Shown here one piece after another: positions 1-12,917 of a stretch of 64,000 bases of DNA. The DNA lies in NCBI GenBank assembly GCA_964016885.1, contig OZ024741.1, positions 32,984,001 to 33,048,000 on the forward strand, given 5' to 3'. Numbering within the stretch: position 1 is the stretch's first letter; every line of letters starts with the position of its first letter. Position numbers and translations under genes: made by a program. The DNA comes from Eledone cirrhosa. Lineage: Eukaryota. Under the pieces are notes generated by a model. The model made no database searches, was not told the DNA's origin, and worked only from the letters and a program-made list of their open reading frames with translations.

Positions 1-227
1 TTTTTTAACATAAAAACAGATAGAATTCCCAAAACTAATCAGATCAGAGCAAACATCACGGACGCTCTATCTCAAAATTATTTTTGAAAAGCATTAGAAA
101 TGCGCAACCGGTAAAACATAAAACCAAAACTGAATACTAACCAATACAATTACTAATTCTCACTTATTCCTAATTAAACTATTTTTCACTGAGAACAATT
201 TGTCAGCATTTTCTATTCCGTTTACCA

Positions 228-228
<1 letters not shown>
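1..228 (-). mobile_element. End of a long-TIR (foldback/MITE-like) element, family starting GGTAAACGGAATAGAAAATGCTGAC
   Basis: Near-identical to 22756-22996 and 37082-37271; abuts (TA)n. Confidence 0.75.
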
Positions 229-318
<90 letters not shown>

Positions 319-441
319 AAATGTATATATACTGTATATACATATATATATAATGGAAAAATTTGAACAGGAACAAAACAGAGAGGCAGTACAACGAATG
401 TTTATTAATTTCACGCTCTGGAGAGTGGGGTGGTGGTGGGG

Positions 442-472
442 AACGACGTTTCGTGCATAAGCCCTTCCTCGG
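442..472 (-). ncRNA. Degenerate minimal hammerhead-like motif
   Basis: Minus strand CCGAGGA-A-GGGC ttat GCAC-GAAA-CGTCG-TT; no convincing stem I. Confidence 0.35.
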
Positions 473-1964
473 GTGAGAAGTGTGTGGGAACAGAGTTCAA
501 AGGGTGTGTAGGGGAGTGGTGGAGAGACATATAGCGAAAGGAAACGGTGCGAATGAAATTAAAAATAAAAATAAAAATAAAGCATGATCAAAATAAAAGG
601 AATGAAATAAAAATAAATATAAAAGCATGATCAAAATAAACTGAAATTAAAAAGGGGTAAAACAGGTGGTGGAAGGGTGTGGGGTGTGTAGGGGTGGTGG
701 CGGGTGGAGTGGGGAGAGGGAGACGGGGTGTCCGAGCGGGGAGGGCTGAAGGTGGTGTGTGTGTGTAGGTGTACGTGTGTGTGTGTGTGTGTGTGTGTAT
801 GTGAAAGTAAGGGTTGATGGAAGAACGGGGTTGCATGTTCAGGAAGAGGTGTGTGTGGGGGGGGGGGGGGTTGTAGGTCGGAGTGTCTGTGCGTGTGTGG
901 ATAGAGGGGTGGGGGGAGAGGAATCAGGAGGCTGATGGTGTAAATATGTGGTGGAAAGCACGTGTGTGGGGTTTAAGCGTGTTGTGGGTGTAGGTGGCGT
1001 GTGGGAGAAAAAAAATGTTGGGGGTGTGTGTGTGGGTGAGTTATATAGGTGATTCCGTAAGAGGATGGTTGAAATGTTGGTAAATTCCTATGATGTTTAG
1101 TAGATTCCGTGGTGGTCAAGTTCCACATACGAGTATTCCATGAAGAGATGGTCGGAAGAGGAGAGATGTGGGGAGCGCGCGCAACAGGAAGTGGTCAAGC
1201 GGTGGGAGTGCTGTGTGTCTGTTTGTGCTGGGAGGTGGTCAGAGGGCATAGCAGCAGTCAGGTGGAATGGTAAAGGGGCGAGGATGGGTAGGTGTGAAAG
1301 TTGGAGTTAGGAGGATGTGTGTGTGTATTAGTAGAGGTGTTAGTGGGATGAGTGAGTGTGGAGCGAGGGTGTGGGTGGAGCGGGGAGAGAAGGATGTGTG
1401 TAGCTCTATGGAGGGAGTGTGGTGTACTGGTGTGTGTGTAGTTTGATGAAGGGGGTGTTAGTGGGTGTTAGTATACGGGAGGTGGGGAAAGGGTTGAATG
1501 CAGGTGTGAGTGGGGGTTAGTGGTGGTAGGGTGTGTAGAGTTGGTGGTGTACGAGGGTGTGTGGGTACGTGTGCGTGGGGTTGGGGGGTGTTAGTGATGT
1601 TAGTTGCGTGTGGGGTGGGTGGTGTAAGTGGGTGCGTGTGTTCGTGTGCTTGGGGTCAGGGGGTGTTAGTGAGGTTAGTTGCGGGGTGGTGGGATGGAGG
1701 TGTGGGGGTGAGGGTTAGTGGTGGTAGTAGGGTGTGTGTTTAGTGTGAGCGCGTGTATATATGTGCCGGTGGGTGTGTGCGTGTGATAAGGAGGGGGAGG
1801 AGGAGAAGAAGGGAGGGATGTTAGTATGTTAGTTGGGGAAGGGTGGTCGGATGAGGGGTGGAGTGGAGGTGTTAGTATTGTTAGTTGTGGGGTTGGCGGT
1901 GAAAAGGAGGGGTGTGTTAGTGATGTTAGTGGGGGATAAGTGTGGGGGGGGGAGCGGTCGAAGG

Positions 1965-2112
1965 CTAAAGGAATAAGGGTGGGGAGTTCAGGCCGGGGGG
2001 AGTGTGGGTCTGTAAGATGAAGATAGTTCTTTGTTCGACTCTAAGGCGATTGGCGGGTGTTCCGTGGCATTGGAGTAGGCCACAGACTGTGAGATGGCGT
2101 GCGATATTATAC
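1965..2112 (-). pseudogene. GIY-YIG endonuclease C-terminal fragment of a PLE
   Basis: R..EQ..IF.L.T..P.GLN motif followed by stop. Confidence 0.7.
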
Positions 2113-2447
2113 GTATGTGTGTGTGTCTCTGTGTATGTTTGTTTGTGCTTGTATGCTTTTATGATTACAAAAGGTGTGTGTGTGTGGAGCACAATTTCCA
2201 TAGTGTTATTGAACAAACCTATCTATTTAAATAGACTACCAGGTGAGACTGGGTGACTTAATAGAATTTTAGATAAAATCTGACCGAAGTTTGATGAATC
2301 ACTAGTGGTACATGCACACAAACATAAACACGCATATATATATATATACGAAAACAGTAATATACAAACACATAGGGAAACATATACACATGAACCTCTC
2401 ATTGAAACACACACATAAACTCTTGCACGCACATCCAAGTCTAATTA

Positions 2448-2536
<89 letters not shown>

Positions 2537-2570
2537 GTCTGCCTCTCTATTTTGTTCCCGTATAAATTTG

Positions 2571-2600
<30 letters not shown>

Positions 2601-2606
<6 letters not shown>

Positions 2607-2792
2607 ATGATGATGGATGATTGCAACTTGAGTTGCTTGATACTGAAGCATGAGTGTCGCGAACGTGGCGTTTTAGACCTACTGTGGCCAGCAATGCCAT
2701 ACATCGCAGAAAACGTCACATGTGAAGCGGTGCCAGTGCTTGAAGCTTTTTTAAGTGAAGAAATACTTTGCACGAGGCCAATCCATCTCTCT
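2601..2792 (-). mobile_element. RTE-derived non-autonomous retroposon, 3' part with (CAT)n tail
   Basis: Homologous to 9720-9925 and 61230-61500; encodes GLKRHVR zinc-finger-like end; microsatellite tail. Confidence 0.55.
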
Positions 2793-2829
2793 CAACAAAA
2801 TAATATATTTATATACATACATGATTATA

Positions 2830-3090
2830 GAGTTTGGTGCACTTTTAAGCTACGGCCAGCCACACGAAGCTGTAACATATCCTGAACAAGCAATGCCTGT
2901 GTTTTGAAGGTTCTCTAAGTGGGGAAAGGCCTTGCACTCGACCAATCCCACTTTCTGAGCATCGAAAACACTACCCGAAAAGTAAAACTGGTCAACATCA
3001 TCGGATGCTTCCGAAGCCGCAGGTTTTTTTCCAGAGTTTCACTCTGGTAGAAAGGTTTTGTGACAACAACTAAGGGCCTTTCAGTCCTGG
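2830..3090 (-). mobile_element. RTE-derived non-autonomous retroposon, internal part
   Basis: CCTGCGGCTTCGGAAGCATCCGATGATGTTGACC...GCCTTTCCCCACTTA aligns by eye to 9650-9790 and 61160-61300. Confidence 0.55.
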
Positions 3091-3376
3091 GTGAAAAAAA
3101 AGTACTATATGTGTTTATATATGCATATATATGCATATATGTGTATATCTATACACGTTGATGCAGTCTCAGATACACGCTCTGTAGTGATACAGATTTA
3201 ACGTTATTAAACACTTCTGCTGCTAGCGCACTTCTTACTATATAACTTAATTAATTAGCAACAAAAGTGCTGATTATATGTAAATCAGGATGTCCATTTC
3301 AGAATAATATACTAAGAGAGACTGGGTATATTTACCCATCAAATACATGTTCCCTTCTGGTTTATTGGATGATATA

Positions 3377-3427
3377 GACGTCTTCTGATGAGGGTCCAAT
3401 AAGATCCAAAAATCGATTAAAGATGTT
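3377..3427 (+). ncRNA. Type I hammerhead ribozyme, probably inactivated (GAAA to AAAA)
   Basis: Stem I GACGTCTT/AAGATGTT, CTGATGA, stem II GGGTC/GATCC, AAAA, palindromic ATCGAT, TA. Confidence 0.7.
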
Positions 3428-3565
3428 TATCCCTTTTTCAGTTTACAGAGAACTTCGTATTTTCTGACATGTTTACATGGCTACGTATTAGATATGTGTA
3501 TATATTTATACATGTCGGGAGAGTCTCTGTTACACACTCTGTATTTATACAGATATAACATTATC

Positions 3566-3638
<73 letters not shown>

Positions 3639-3981
3639 TGTATGTGTGTATGTATGTTTTTGTATGTGTGTGTATACATACATATATACACACACATATA
3701 AACACATATACATACACCCACATACATTCATACATGCATACATACATACGTACACACATACATACATAAGTACATATACACACACCCATATACATACATA
3801 CATACATACATACATACATACATACATACATACATACATACATACATACATACATACATACAATAAACATTATGTACGGAATCAACAGTTTTCCTTTGAA
3901 ACGTTCGAAAATTTGTAACTCAGAAGGGGCCACAAATTTACTTCTTTGATCTTTTTGGTAAACAAAAATAACCACTGAACC

Positions 3982-4218
3982 TCATCATCATCATTTGATA
4001 GTTATCATCATCCTCATACTTAGCGTCATTATCATCTCACAGCAGCAGCAGCATAGCCAACACCACCACCAACAACAACAGCACCACCAACATCAACATC
4101 CTCATCATCACCATCATCATCAATATTCTCATCATCACGATCATTACCTCAACAACTCCACCACCACAAACGTCAATAACATTATTCTCATCACCACCAG
4201 TACCACCATCATCATCAT

Positions 4219-4250
<32 letters not shown>

Positions 4251-4340
4251 ACATCATTATCACCATCTTCAGCACCAACATCCTTATCATCATCATCATC
4301 ATCACTATTCTCATCATCATCAGAATTATAATCATCATTA
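3982..4340. repeat. (CAT/CAC/CAA)n trinucleotide low-complexity tract
   Basis: Direct inspection. Confidence 0.9.
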
Positions 4341-4378
4341 ATTCCAATGATATTGAAATACTATTAGCCACCAAACAG

Positions 4379-4680
4379 ATATCTATATTATAAAGCTAAC
4401 AGCCGTATGTATGTAACAAACTTTTCGCCAAACGGCTGGACCAAACAACACCAAATTTGCACCGTAGATATAACTTTTTCCAAGTAAGAAAGGGTATTTT
4501 TGTCTACTAAATTTAGTTAAAAGATTAAAGATATTTTATTGTTTATTTAAATATTCACTTCTTTAAAATGTTCAAATGTCAACACTTCCGGTTAACGATC
4601 TCTCTCTTTCTTAGTCTGTCTTTTTAGACAGTCGCGCCCTTATAATATCTGTCTGTTTGTCTGACTGTCTGCATTATGAA
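4379..4680. mobile_element. Helitron/Helentron-like non-autonomous element fragment
   Basis: ATCTATATTATAAAG start, AAACGGCTGGACC motif, (GTCT)n; shares CGCCCTTATAATATCTGTCTG with 5595-5617 in reverse. Confidence 0.45.
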
Positions 4681-4728
4681 AACCCTTCTGTACATTGGCT
4701 TCGTTGTGTATGTGTGTATATATATATA

Positions 4729-4770
<42 letters not shown>

Positions 4771-4809
4771 TGTGTGTGTATATATATAGTGTGTGTATAT
4801 ATATAGTGC

Positions 4810-4853
<44 letters not shown>

Positions 4854-4896
4854 TGTGTGTGTGTGTATATATATAGTGTGTGTATATATATAGTGC

Positions 4897-4953
<57 letters not shown>

Positions 4954-5138
4954 GTGTTAGTATCATAGATAAGAGACAGTTTAATTTGTACATTTTATTA
5001 CAGCACTCCTTTATACGTATATATACGTATATATACATAAACATGTTATTTACAGTTGTATAAAGAAGAAGTATAATTGTTTCTACTTTTTGCACAAGGC
5101 CAGCAATTATACCAGTACATTACTGGTACTTTATTATA

Positions 5139-5451
5139 TACTAGCTGAATGGCTCTGCGTTGCTCGGGATTTGCTCTAGGCTTCTTATATATTTGATATA
5201 TATTTATACATATCGAGCCTCGTGAAATAAATGCGTTTGTTTATATTTTGTTATTGTGTAGGCAAAAATATCTGTACACGAATATATAATTATATATATA
5301 TATATATTAAAATAACAGAGTAAAGTTTAAGAAAAGAATCGCTGCTTTCACCATTAACGGGATCTTCTGAAACTAAAAAAATCAATCTGTGAACGCAGAA
5401 GTAAATATTTCGAAAAACGTTACACACTATATATATACACACATTATATAT

Positions 5452-5547
<96 letters not shown>

Positions 5548-5862
5548 ACACATACATATAACGTCATAACGTCATAATGTCGTAATTCAGACATACAGAC
5601 AGATATTATAAGGGCGCAACGTTGTAGCTATGTATCTATCTAAAAAGAAACAAACTAAGAATTATAGAGAGAGATCGCTAAATCACCTAATGCGGTCCCT
5701 AGGGCATTGAAAATTTGAAATTTTTTCTCTTCTGAAAACACTCACAGGACCATAAGTATTACATGTGTAAAGTTTAAAAACAATCGGTTGGGTGGTTCTC
5801 GAGTTTTAGTGAGCTGACAGACAGACAGACAGAGCGACAGACATTATTTGTTTTAGATATAT
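5139..5862 (+). mobile_element. Helitron/Helentron-like non-autonomous element
   Basis: TACTAGCTG...GCGTTGCTCGGG start, AATCGGTT motif, (GACA)n and TTTTAGATATA end. Confidence 0.5.
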
Positions 5863-5905
5863 AAATAATATATATAACATGGCAGTTCCAAATCCTTTTT
5901 ACCTC

Positions 5906-6245
5906 TCACTTTAAGTCCTGGTATCGGTTAATTTTCTCCCTCTCCTTCTCTTGCTCTCTCGTGTCGAATGGGCAGGCCACATCCACAATCAGACATGATC
6001 TTTTTTCCTTGTCCAAAACTACCAGGTCAGGTCTATTGTGTTCCAGTTTCTTGTCCGTATGTATCCTAAAATCCCACAGCACCTTCACCTGATCGTTTTC
6101 TATCACCGACTCTGGCTTATGCTCATACCACTTCTCAGAATGTGGTAAATAGTTTACTTTGCATAGGTGCCAGTGGATCACCCTGCCCATCACATCATGT
6201 CTCCAGCCCTTATAGTGAGTCTGGGCTAGTTGTTTACACTCGGCT
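5906..6245 (-). pseudogene. R4/Dong-clade LINE restriction-like endonuclease fragment
   Basis: CKQLAQTHY..RHD...WYEHKPESVIEN..VLWDF.IHTD...HNRPDLVV..K....IVDVACP..EKINRYQDL; starts at a (TAA)n tract. Confidence 0.88.
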
Positions 6246-6267
6246 ATTATTATTATTATTACTATTA

Positions 6268-6364
6268 CGAGGTTAACTTTGCCTTTCATCCTTACGGGGT
6301 CGATAAAATAAAGTACCAGTAATACACTGGGTATTTGCTGGCCTTGTGCCTAACGTAGAAACAA
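6268..6364 (+). mobile_element. tRNA-derived SINE (cephalopod, Nin/Deu-like core), 5'-truncated
   Basis: GCCTTTCATCCTTACGGGGTCGATAAAATAAAGTACCAG core, (TTA)n tail. Confidence 0.85.
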
Positions 6365-6377
6365 TTATTATTATTAC

Positions 6378-6446
<69 letters not shown>

Positions 6447-6816
6447 ATTCCTTGAGAAATATGATCATCATGCATATAAAATATGTATAGATACCTTCAC
6501 ATAACATACACACACACACACACATACACATACACAATATATATATATACACAAACTTAGAGACCATTAATCACTGGTAGAAGTTAACACCCCCTTTTGC
6601 CGCAATCATTTCCCGCATGCCTCCTAAAAATGAATGTCCTCTGTGAATATTCAAAACTTGTACCTTTTAGGCATTAACTGATTATTCTAAGCCTCAATGC
6701 ACCACAGGGTTACAAAGTACTGCACCACTGAAAAGTCAGAATTGTGGAACCCTTAAACTGCTTGATAGCATTGCTCAGTCCATTGAGACAGCTATATAGG
6801 TTATCCCTGTACAACA

Positions 6817-7256
6817 CAGAGGTGGGGAACCTTTTCATGTTGAAAAGACTGCATTAAGTTACTTGTAATAAGGCTGCTAAAAAAACATCATAATTATATA
6901 TTCTTAAAATCTACATTATTTTGTAAAAATCTAATTACTATGTACTAATTATCGAAAAAAATTTAATTTTAAAACTATCTTTTAATGACTGCGTTTTTTC
7001 AAGGAGAACTATAACTGATAGGCAGCAGGAATTAACTTTAAATGGCCCTTATGGTCTACTAAGTTTTTAATAACAGTGTAGATTATTTTGTTGAATATTC
7101 TGTTACTCTTTAGTATTTAAAATATATTCATCTTACGGTTTAAATTAAAATAATAAGAGATAGACCAAAACATAATAAAAATGAAAAATTTGTTGGAAAT
7201 TTTTCGTTCTTTCAAAGGGCCGCACTGAATGGCATAGAAGGCCGCAGATATCTCTG
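6817..7256 (+). mobile_element. hAT-type MITE
   Basis: CAGAGGTGGGGAACCT start, subterminal GGCCGCA repeats, CTCTG end. Confidence 0.6.
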
Positions 7257-7271
7257 GTATAATTCATACAG

Positions 7272-8037
7272 TACGAGAATCGGCTGAAAAGTTAATAGAC
7301 TGACTATGAAGGAGTAGTGCTAGAGCTGTGAAATCTTGCATGCATTAATTTCAAATCTTTTTATAAATAACTGCATATTTTCTTTCCAGGAACTATATTG
7401 AAAAATATACCTTATTTGGTCATTCCATGAGAATATTTTGGTCGGCCTGTGAATGAGTGATGCTAGAGCTGTGAAATCTTGCATGTATTAATTTTAACAA
7501 CGCGTTGTTTCTTTTCAGAGATTATGTTGAAAAATAAACCTAATTTGGTTACTCCATGAGAGTATCTTGGTCAGCCTATGAAGGTTAGAACTGTGAAATC
7601 TTGGATGCATTAATTTCAACCCTTATTAATAACTGCGTTGTTTCTTTCCAATGACTATGTTGAAAAATAAACCTCATTTGGTCATTCCATGAGAGTATCT
7701 TGGTCAGCCTATGAAGGAGTGATGTTAGAACTGTGAAATATTGCATGCATTTATTTCAACTCTTCTTATTAATAACTACATTGTTTCTTTTTAGATACTA
7801 TGTTGAAAAATAAACCCCATTTGTTCATTCCATGAGAGTTTCTTGGTCAGCCTTTGAAGGAGTGATGCTAGAGCTGTGAAATATTGCATGCATTAATTTC
7901 AACTCTTCTTATCAATAATCGCCTTGTTTCTTTCTAGAGACTATGTTGAAAAATAAACCTCATTTGGTCATTCAATGAGAATATTTTGGTCAGCCTATGA
8001 ACTTTTCAGCTGATGAATTTTTCAGCCGACAGTCGTA
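7272..8037 (+). mobile_element. Tc1/mariner-type MITE with about six internal 115-130 bp tandem repeats
   Basis: TIRs TACGAGAATCGGCTGAAAAGT / TTTTCAGCCGACAGTCGTA; repeated GCTAGAGCTGTGAAATCTTGCATGC unit; second copy at 27825-28186. Confidence 0.75.
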
Positions 8038-9145
8038 TAGTGCCAGTACAGAAACATGCAGTGCATTGGATGCAGAATAGAATGTCTATACAGCAAATGC
8101 AATACTACTAAGTACAATACCGAATAGTTACACTTGTTTAATCGATTCTCGGTAAAAAAAAGAAAAATAGAAATAGAATTAAAAATGCCATCCACTAAGA
8201 AACCGCACCTGCAATAGATAGAACTTTCTAATGTATTCTTCACGAAATAGTCCTCCTTTATTGTTGTTTATTGTTCTCATTTCTTTGTATTTTATTTCTT
8301 CTTTTACTCGGGGATGGGGGAGTGCTGTTTATATTTTTAATTCATATATGTTTCTATACATTTTTTTTGTGCTTTTTTCTTTCAAAGTTTTTTTTTTATG
8401 TATACACAGTTCTTGTCTTATTAGTTGTAGTTTTTGCTTTATATAACTGGACTATTTTATTTTATTTTTCGTTCGTTTTCACCTGGTGTTACTTAAAGGT
8501 CTTTGGTAAGAGTTTTCTTTTAAACATTTGTGCCATGACCTTTTCCCACACAAAGTTGACGTCAAAGTGATAATAATATAAGAAAAAAAAAGCTTTAAGA
8601 GAAATAATAAAAATTTAAATGAAAGTAACAAAAACTATCGTTTCACCCATCTCTAACTTGACTTATTTCCGTTAGTTTCACTATTCTCTCCATTTAATTC
8701 TATTTTCTCTGTTATTCTCTTATATTTTTGTTTCATATATTTTGTTCACCTGTTGCTACGTCTTAGGTTTTACGTCGAGAGTTATCTATTTGTTTAACTT
8801 CTTTCTTATAAGGTTCTTTTTAAAGATATGATTCAATAATATACTTGTACTTTCGTGTGTGGACATGTTTGTGAGTGCCTGTGTATATGTGTATGTGTAT
8901 GTGTGTATGTGTGTATGTATATGTGTGTATGCGTATATGTATGTGTGTGTATGTGTGCGTGATTGTGTGCGGATACATTGTGTTTTGTTTGCAAAGCAAG
9001 AGAGATTGTGTTCTTTGAGTAAAGGTGTTTTTCAAAGAATTCGTTTATTTATTTGCATTTCTAAGACGTCAGAGAATAAGAGAATAAGGCATAGTTTAGA
9101 ACATACAAACTATTGTGTGCATATGTGCGTGTGTAAGAGACAGGT

Positions 9146-9224
<79 letters not shown>

Positions 9225-9619
9225 ACATACATACATACATACATACATACATACATACATACATACATACAAATATATGTATATTTGCACATCACATGAC
9301 AAGTAGTGTACGTGTCGTTTGTGGCCAGAAATTATGTGAAGAAATTCGAACTATGTTTGACAACAGTATTGAAACTTCTATATAATTAGGGAAGCGACGT
9401 CTGACTAAGTTGCTGCTGTTGTGTGCAAGGAAAAATAATTGCATAGCTGTGATTGAGATGACAGTGGGGTTGCTTACTGGTTAGTATATTCTTATGAATA
9501 CTTATGTATGAGGGATTTCAACTGTCCGAAATTATATGAAAGACATTCAACTTCGCCCACTCTTGTTATCACTACATCTTTCTATTTTTTTCTTTTTTGT
9601 CGTTATATGGTGGTAGATA

Positions 9620-10098
9620 TCTCTCTAGCAGAAGGTCACTCTAACAAAAATACTGCGACTTCGTTTGCATCCAATGATGTAGACCATTTCTACTTTTGGG
9701 GTAAATGCATTCGACGTTCAGAGAGTGGAATTGGCCCTATGCAAAGCCTTTCCTCACTTAAAAAAAGTTTCAAGCACTAGCATCGCCTGATTCGTGACAT
9801 TTTTTGTAATGCGTAATATGGCTGGTCATAGGCAAGTCCCTAGCAGGACTAAAAAGCTACGTCCGTGATGCTCATCCTTAAGTATCAATCGATGTCATTA
9901 CTCGAAATCGAGCTGCAGCTATCATGTATGTATGTTATGTCACATCACTTTCAGCCTGTGCATGTTCGGGTCATCGGTAACTAAACCGGCAACCCCACTA
10001 AGCTTGCTTGGAGAGGTGGGGGATTTTGGACACCATGCGGGATGAAAAACAAAACCCGCCAAATGGCGGAGAAACTCAGGAAATTCAACGGCCATCTA
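9620..10098 (+). mobile_element. RTE-derived non-autonomous retroposon: 3' end with (ATGT)n tail followed by the 5' region of another copy
   Basis: AAGTCCCTAGCAGGACTAAAAAGC (KSLAGLKS) and GGCAACCCCAC leader shared with 60900-61506. Confidence 0.6.
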
Positions 10099-10264
10099 AT
10101 ATATATTATTTCTATAATTCATCTTATACCAGTTCCTCATCATGACTTACTTCCAGAGTAAGTAGATATAGCCGTCTGAGTCTAATTGGTAAAGTCTTTA
10201 TGGCGTTAAATAAATTCCCTCGTATTATTTGTCCCAGGTCACAACGTTAACAGCCTCATATTAA

Positions 10265-10651
10265 TGTAACTGTAACAGTCTCAAAATCAACGCGATGGAA
10301 TCTGTTGTGCGAGTGTACTAAGCCCACCTGGTGAGAAAGGGTCAGACCACTACATATAAATAGTAGCGGCCTGAGTAAGTGGGTACTAGTTCCACAGTTC
10401 GCGCGTTGATAGTCAAAGTTGGTACTAGTTCCACAGTTCGTGTGTTGATAGTCAAAGTTGGTACTAGTTCCACAGTTCGTGTGGATAGTCAAATTTGGTG
10501 CTAGTTCCACAGTTCGTGTGGATAGTCAAATTTGGAGTTAAAGTTCACAGTTCGAGTTAGCGTGTTGGATTGTTGGTTCTAAAAAGATTGTTGTTCCGTT
10601 ACGTGTGGTTATTGCCGTTTGTTTCGATTATATTGTTATTACACTGTTGCA
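10265..10651 (+). mobile_element. Possible solo LTR with internal 36-39 bp tandem repeat
   Basis: TGTAACAG...CTGTTGCA termini, TATAAAT box near 10354; no target-site duplication seen. Confidence 0.4.
10382..10555. repeat. 36-39 bp tandem repeat, about 4.5 copies
   Basis: GGTACTAGTTCCACAGTTCG recurs at 10382, 10421, 10460, 10496. Confidence 0.9.
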
Positions 10652-10954
10652 GTGTATTTCGTTTATCCATAAGGAGATAACAGAAACAAATTTAGTAAAA
10701 CAGTGAGCACAATGATAAAGAACTTTTTAATCTAAATGCAAGTTCCCAACTAGCGTAATGAAATGTCTTCCCAGGTTATAAATGTCTCCCCTTGAATGAG
10801 ATTCTCCTGGGTTAATAATTGCAGTTTTAGATATAGGGTGGTTCAATAAATGTTATTTAGGTGTAAAATTCAAGTGACACCAACTGAAAAATGAAAACAA
10901 AACGAAACATCATGCATGCCTTTTCAATATCTTAATGACAAATAGGGGAAAACG

Positions 10955-11152
10955 AAAGAAAGGCAAGAAAAAAGAAAAATGGAGGAAGGCAGTGGGGAGA
11001 GGACAAAGAAAGGAAAGAAAAAAGAAAATGGAGAAAGGCAGTGGAGAGAGGACAAAGAAAGGAAAGATAAAAAAATGGAGGAAGGCCATGGGGAGAGGAC
11101 AAAGAAAGGAAAGAAAAAAGAAAAATGGAGGAAGGCCATGGGGAGAGGACAA
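10955..11152. repeat. Purine-rich tandem repeat of about 50 bp, 4 copies
   Basis: AAAATGGAGGAAGGC..GGGGAGAGGACAAAGAAAGG recurs. Confidence 0.85.
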
Positions 11153-11436
11153 ACTCTACAACTTTAGCTAGACACTATACCTTAGCTAGACACTATACAC
11201 CCGCCGAAAAGATGTGTAAAACATTGCCGCAGAGAACAACCAGTGGTACCTGCTATATCAGCCATTCCATACAATGATTTACCCTTTGGTGTGATGTTCC
11301 CGTCCCAATTTGGTGAAGTTAGTGGGGAGAATGGTATTCCGGAGATTGATAACACAAGTTTCAATTGTGTCATGATCAAGCAACCACTCGTTATATTTCT
11401 GATCACTAACCTGAACAAATTTAGAAAGAAAATAAT

Positions 11437-11658
11437 GGTTTCAGATTTTGGCACAAATAATGGTTTCAGATTACGGCGTGAGAAAAGTCAATTAAATCGA
11501 CCCCAGGGTATTACTGGTGCTTTATTTTATAGATCCCGTAAGGATGAAAGGCAAAGCTAACCTCGGTGGTATTTGAATTTAGGACGTAAATGGCCGTAAC
11601 CATATACCGCAAAACATGTTGTCCGACGATCTACCGATACTACCAATACACCGCCCTC
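11437..11658 (-). mobile_element. tRNA-derived SINE with 18-bp target-site duplication
   Basis: ATTTAGAAAGAAAATAAT at 11419-11436 and 11659-11676. Confidence 0.88.
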
Positions 11659-11676
11659 ATTTAGAAAGAAAATAAT

Positions 11677-11790
11677 TGTTTCTACATTTGGCTCAAGCCA
11701 GCAATGACCCCCAGTGCATTACTGGTACTTTATTTTATCGACCCCGTAAGGATGAAAGGCAAAGTTAATCTCGGCGGGATTTGAACTCAA
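11677..11790 (-). mobile_element. tRNA-derived SINE, 5'-truncated
   Basis: Same family core. Confidence 0.85.
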
Positions 11791-11900
11791 TAAACATATA
11801 AGGAATTAAAACTAAAATATCACCGTCAGAAATAGAGGAAAGTATTTGTTTCACCGAGAAATTTGGATAAGACTAGAACGTGCCGAATTATTTGAAATAA

Positions 11901-12085
11901 TTGTTTCTACTTTTGGCACAAGGCCAGCAATTACCCAGTGTATTACTGGTACTTTATTTTATCGACCCCGTAAGGATGAAAGGCAAAGTTAACCTCGGCG
12001 GGATTTGATCTCAGAATGGCAAGGGCCGTAACTCTATGCGTCAAAGCATGGCGTCCGACCCTCTACCGATACTGCCAATCCACCA
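11901..12085 (-). mobile_element. tRNA-derived SINE
   Basis: Same family; flanked by TATTTGAAATA duplication. Confidence 0.88.
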
Positions 12086-12917
12086 TATATTTGAAATATT
12101 TGAAATAATATTAGGTATTGAGCTAATTTTGTGTATCCTTATTGCACAGGTATTTCGAATTTTATTTCTTTTCCTCGTCGCATTAAGTATGTAAACATAA
12201 ATAGTGTTAGGCGTATATTTCTTCTAGATATTGCGTTAGTCCAGATTCTTAGTAAGTGGCTTTCTTACAAACAGAGAATCGAAGACTTACTGTATATTAA
12301 TAACATTTCTTACAACTGACTACAATCATGAGATTATCTAGTCGGCAACATTGTTAGGAAAATATCCAATATATTCACAAGAGAAGTTCTTATTGTCCTG
12401 TATACAATTATAATGATTCCATGAGAAGAAATGGATTGAAGATACACTGGAATATATAGAGGAACCAAACTCTCAGAATAACAAAATCAGAAGAAAACCT
12501 ATCTGCTTTAATCCACCCCTTAGCAGGAATTCACAGTAACATTATTTAAATTTCCAATATAAACTCAGATATTATTTCTTAATGTGGATAAATAAATTAA
12601 CATTTTCTCAACAAATCCAAACACAATCAACTGTTCAATAATAACAGCTTACAAGTTATGTATTCTTCATAAACCTAGTTATTGTGAGGGTTTGAATAAA
12701 TAAATATAATTTCACACTTTTGAATAAGCAAATAACGCCGCCAGAATGCAAGTGGAGCAAGGCAGTGTCTTGTTCATCCATGAAACAATTATCTAACAAA
12801 TGCTATAATGTTATTTAAGAGATGACATACACGAAAACATAAAATGAGAGAGAATAAAAAGTTGTTAGTAAATATGCAAGGTTTTACCACTGTTTGGAGA
12901 TCAATGTAGTTGTTTCT

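Larger units (their letters stand above)
320..2112 (-). mobile_element. 5'-truncated Penelope-like element (Neptune-like): GIY-YIG C-terminus plus long C/A-rich 3' UTR
   Basis: Minus-strand 2112-1965 encodes HLTVCGLLQCHG..RLRVEQRTIFILQTHTPPGLN, typical PLE endonuclease end; HHR-like core near 442-472; bounded by microsatellites. Confidence 0.7.

Noticed and set aside
2915-3090. Possible minus-strand exon after TTTTCACCCAG
   Set aside because: Homologous to the dispersed repeat at 9650-9790 and 61160-61300
3995-4393. His/Gln/Ile-rich ORF (and Val/Thr-rich ORFs at 38099-38536)
   Set aside because: Trinucleotide repeat tracts without splice or domain evidence
10382-10555. Regular short repeats resembling a CRISPR array
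   Set aside because: Intervening sequence is repeated too; plain tandem repeat
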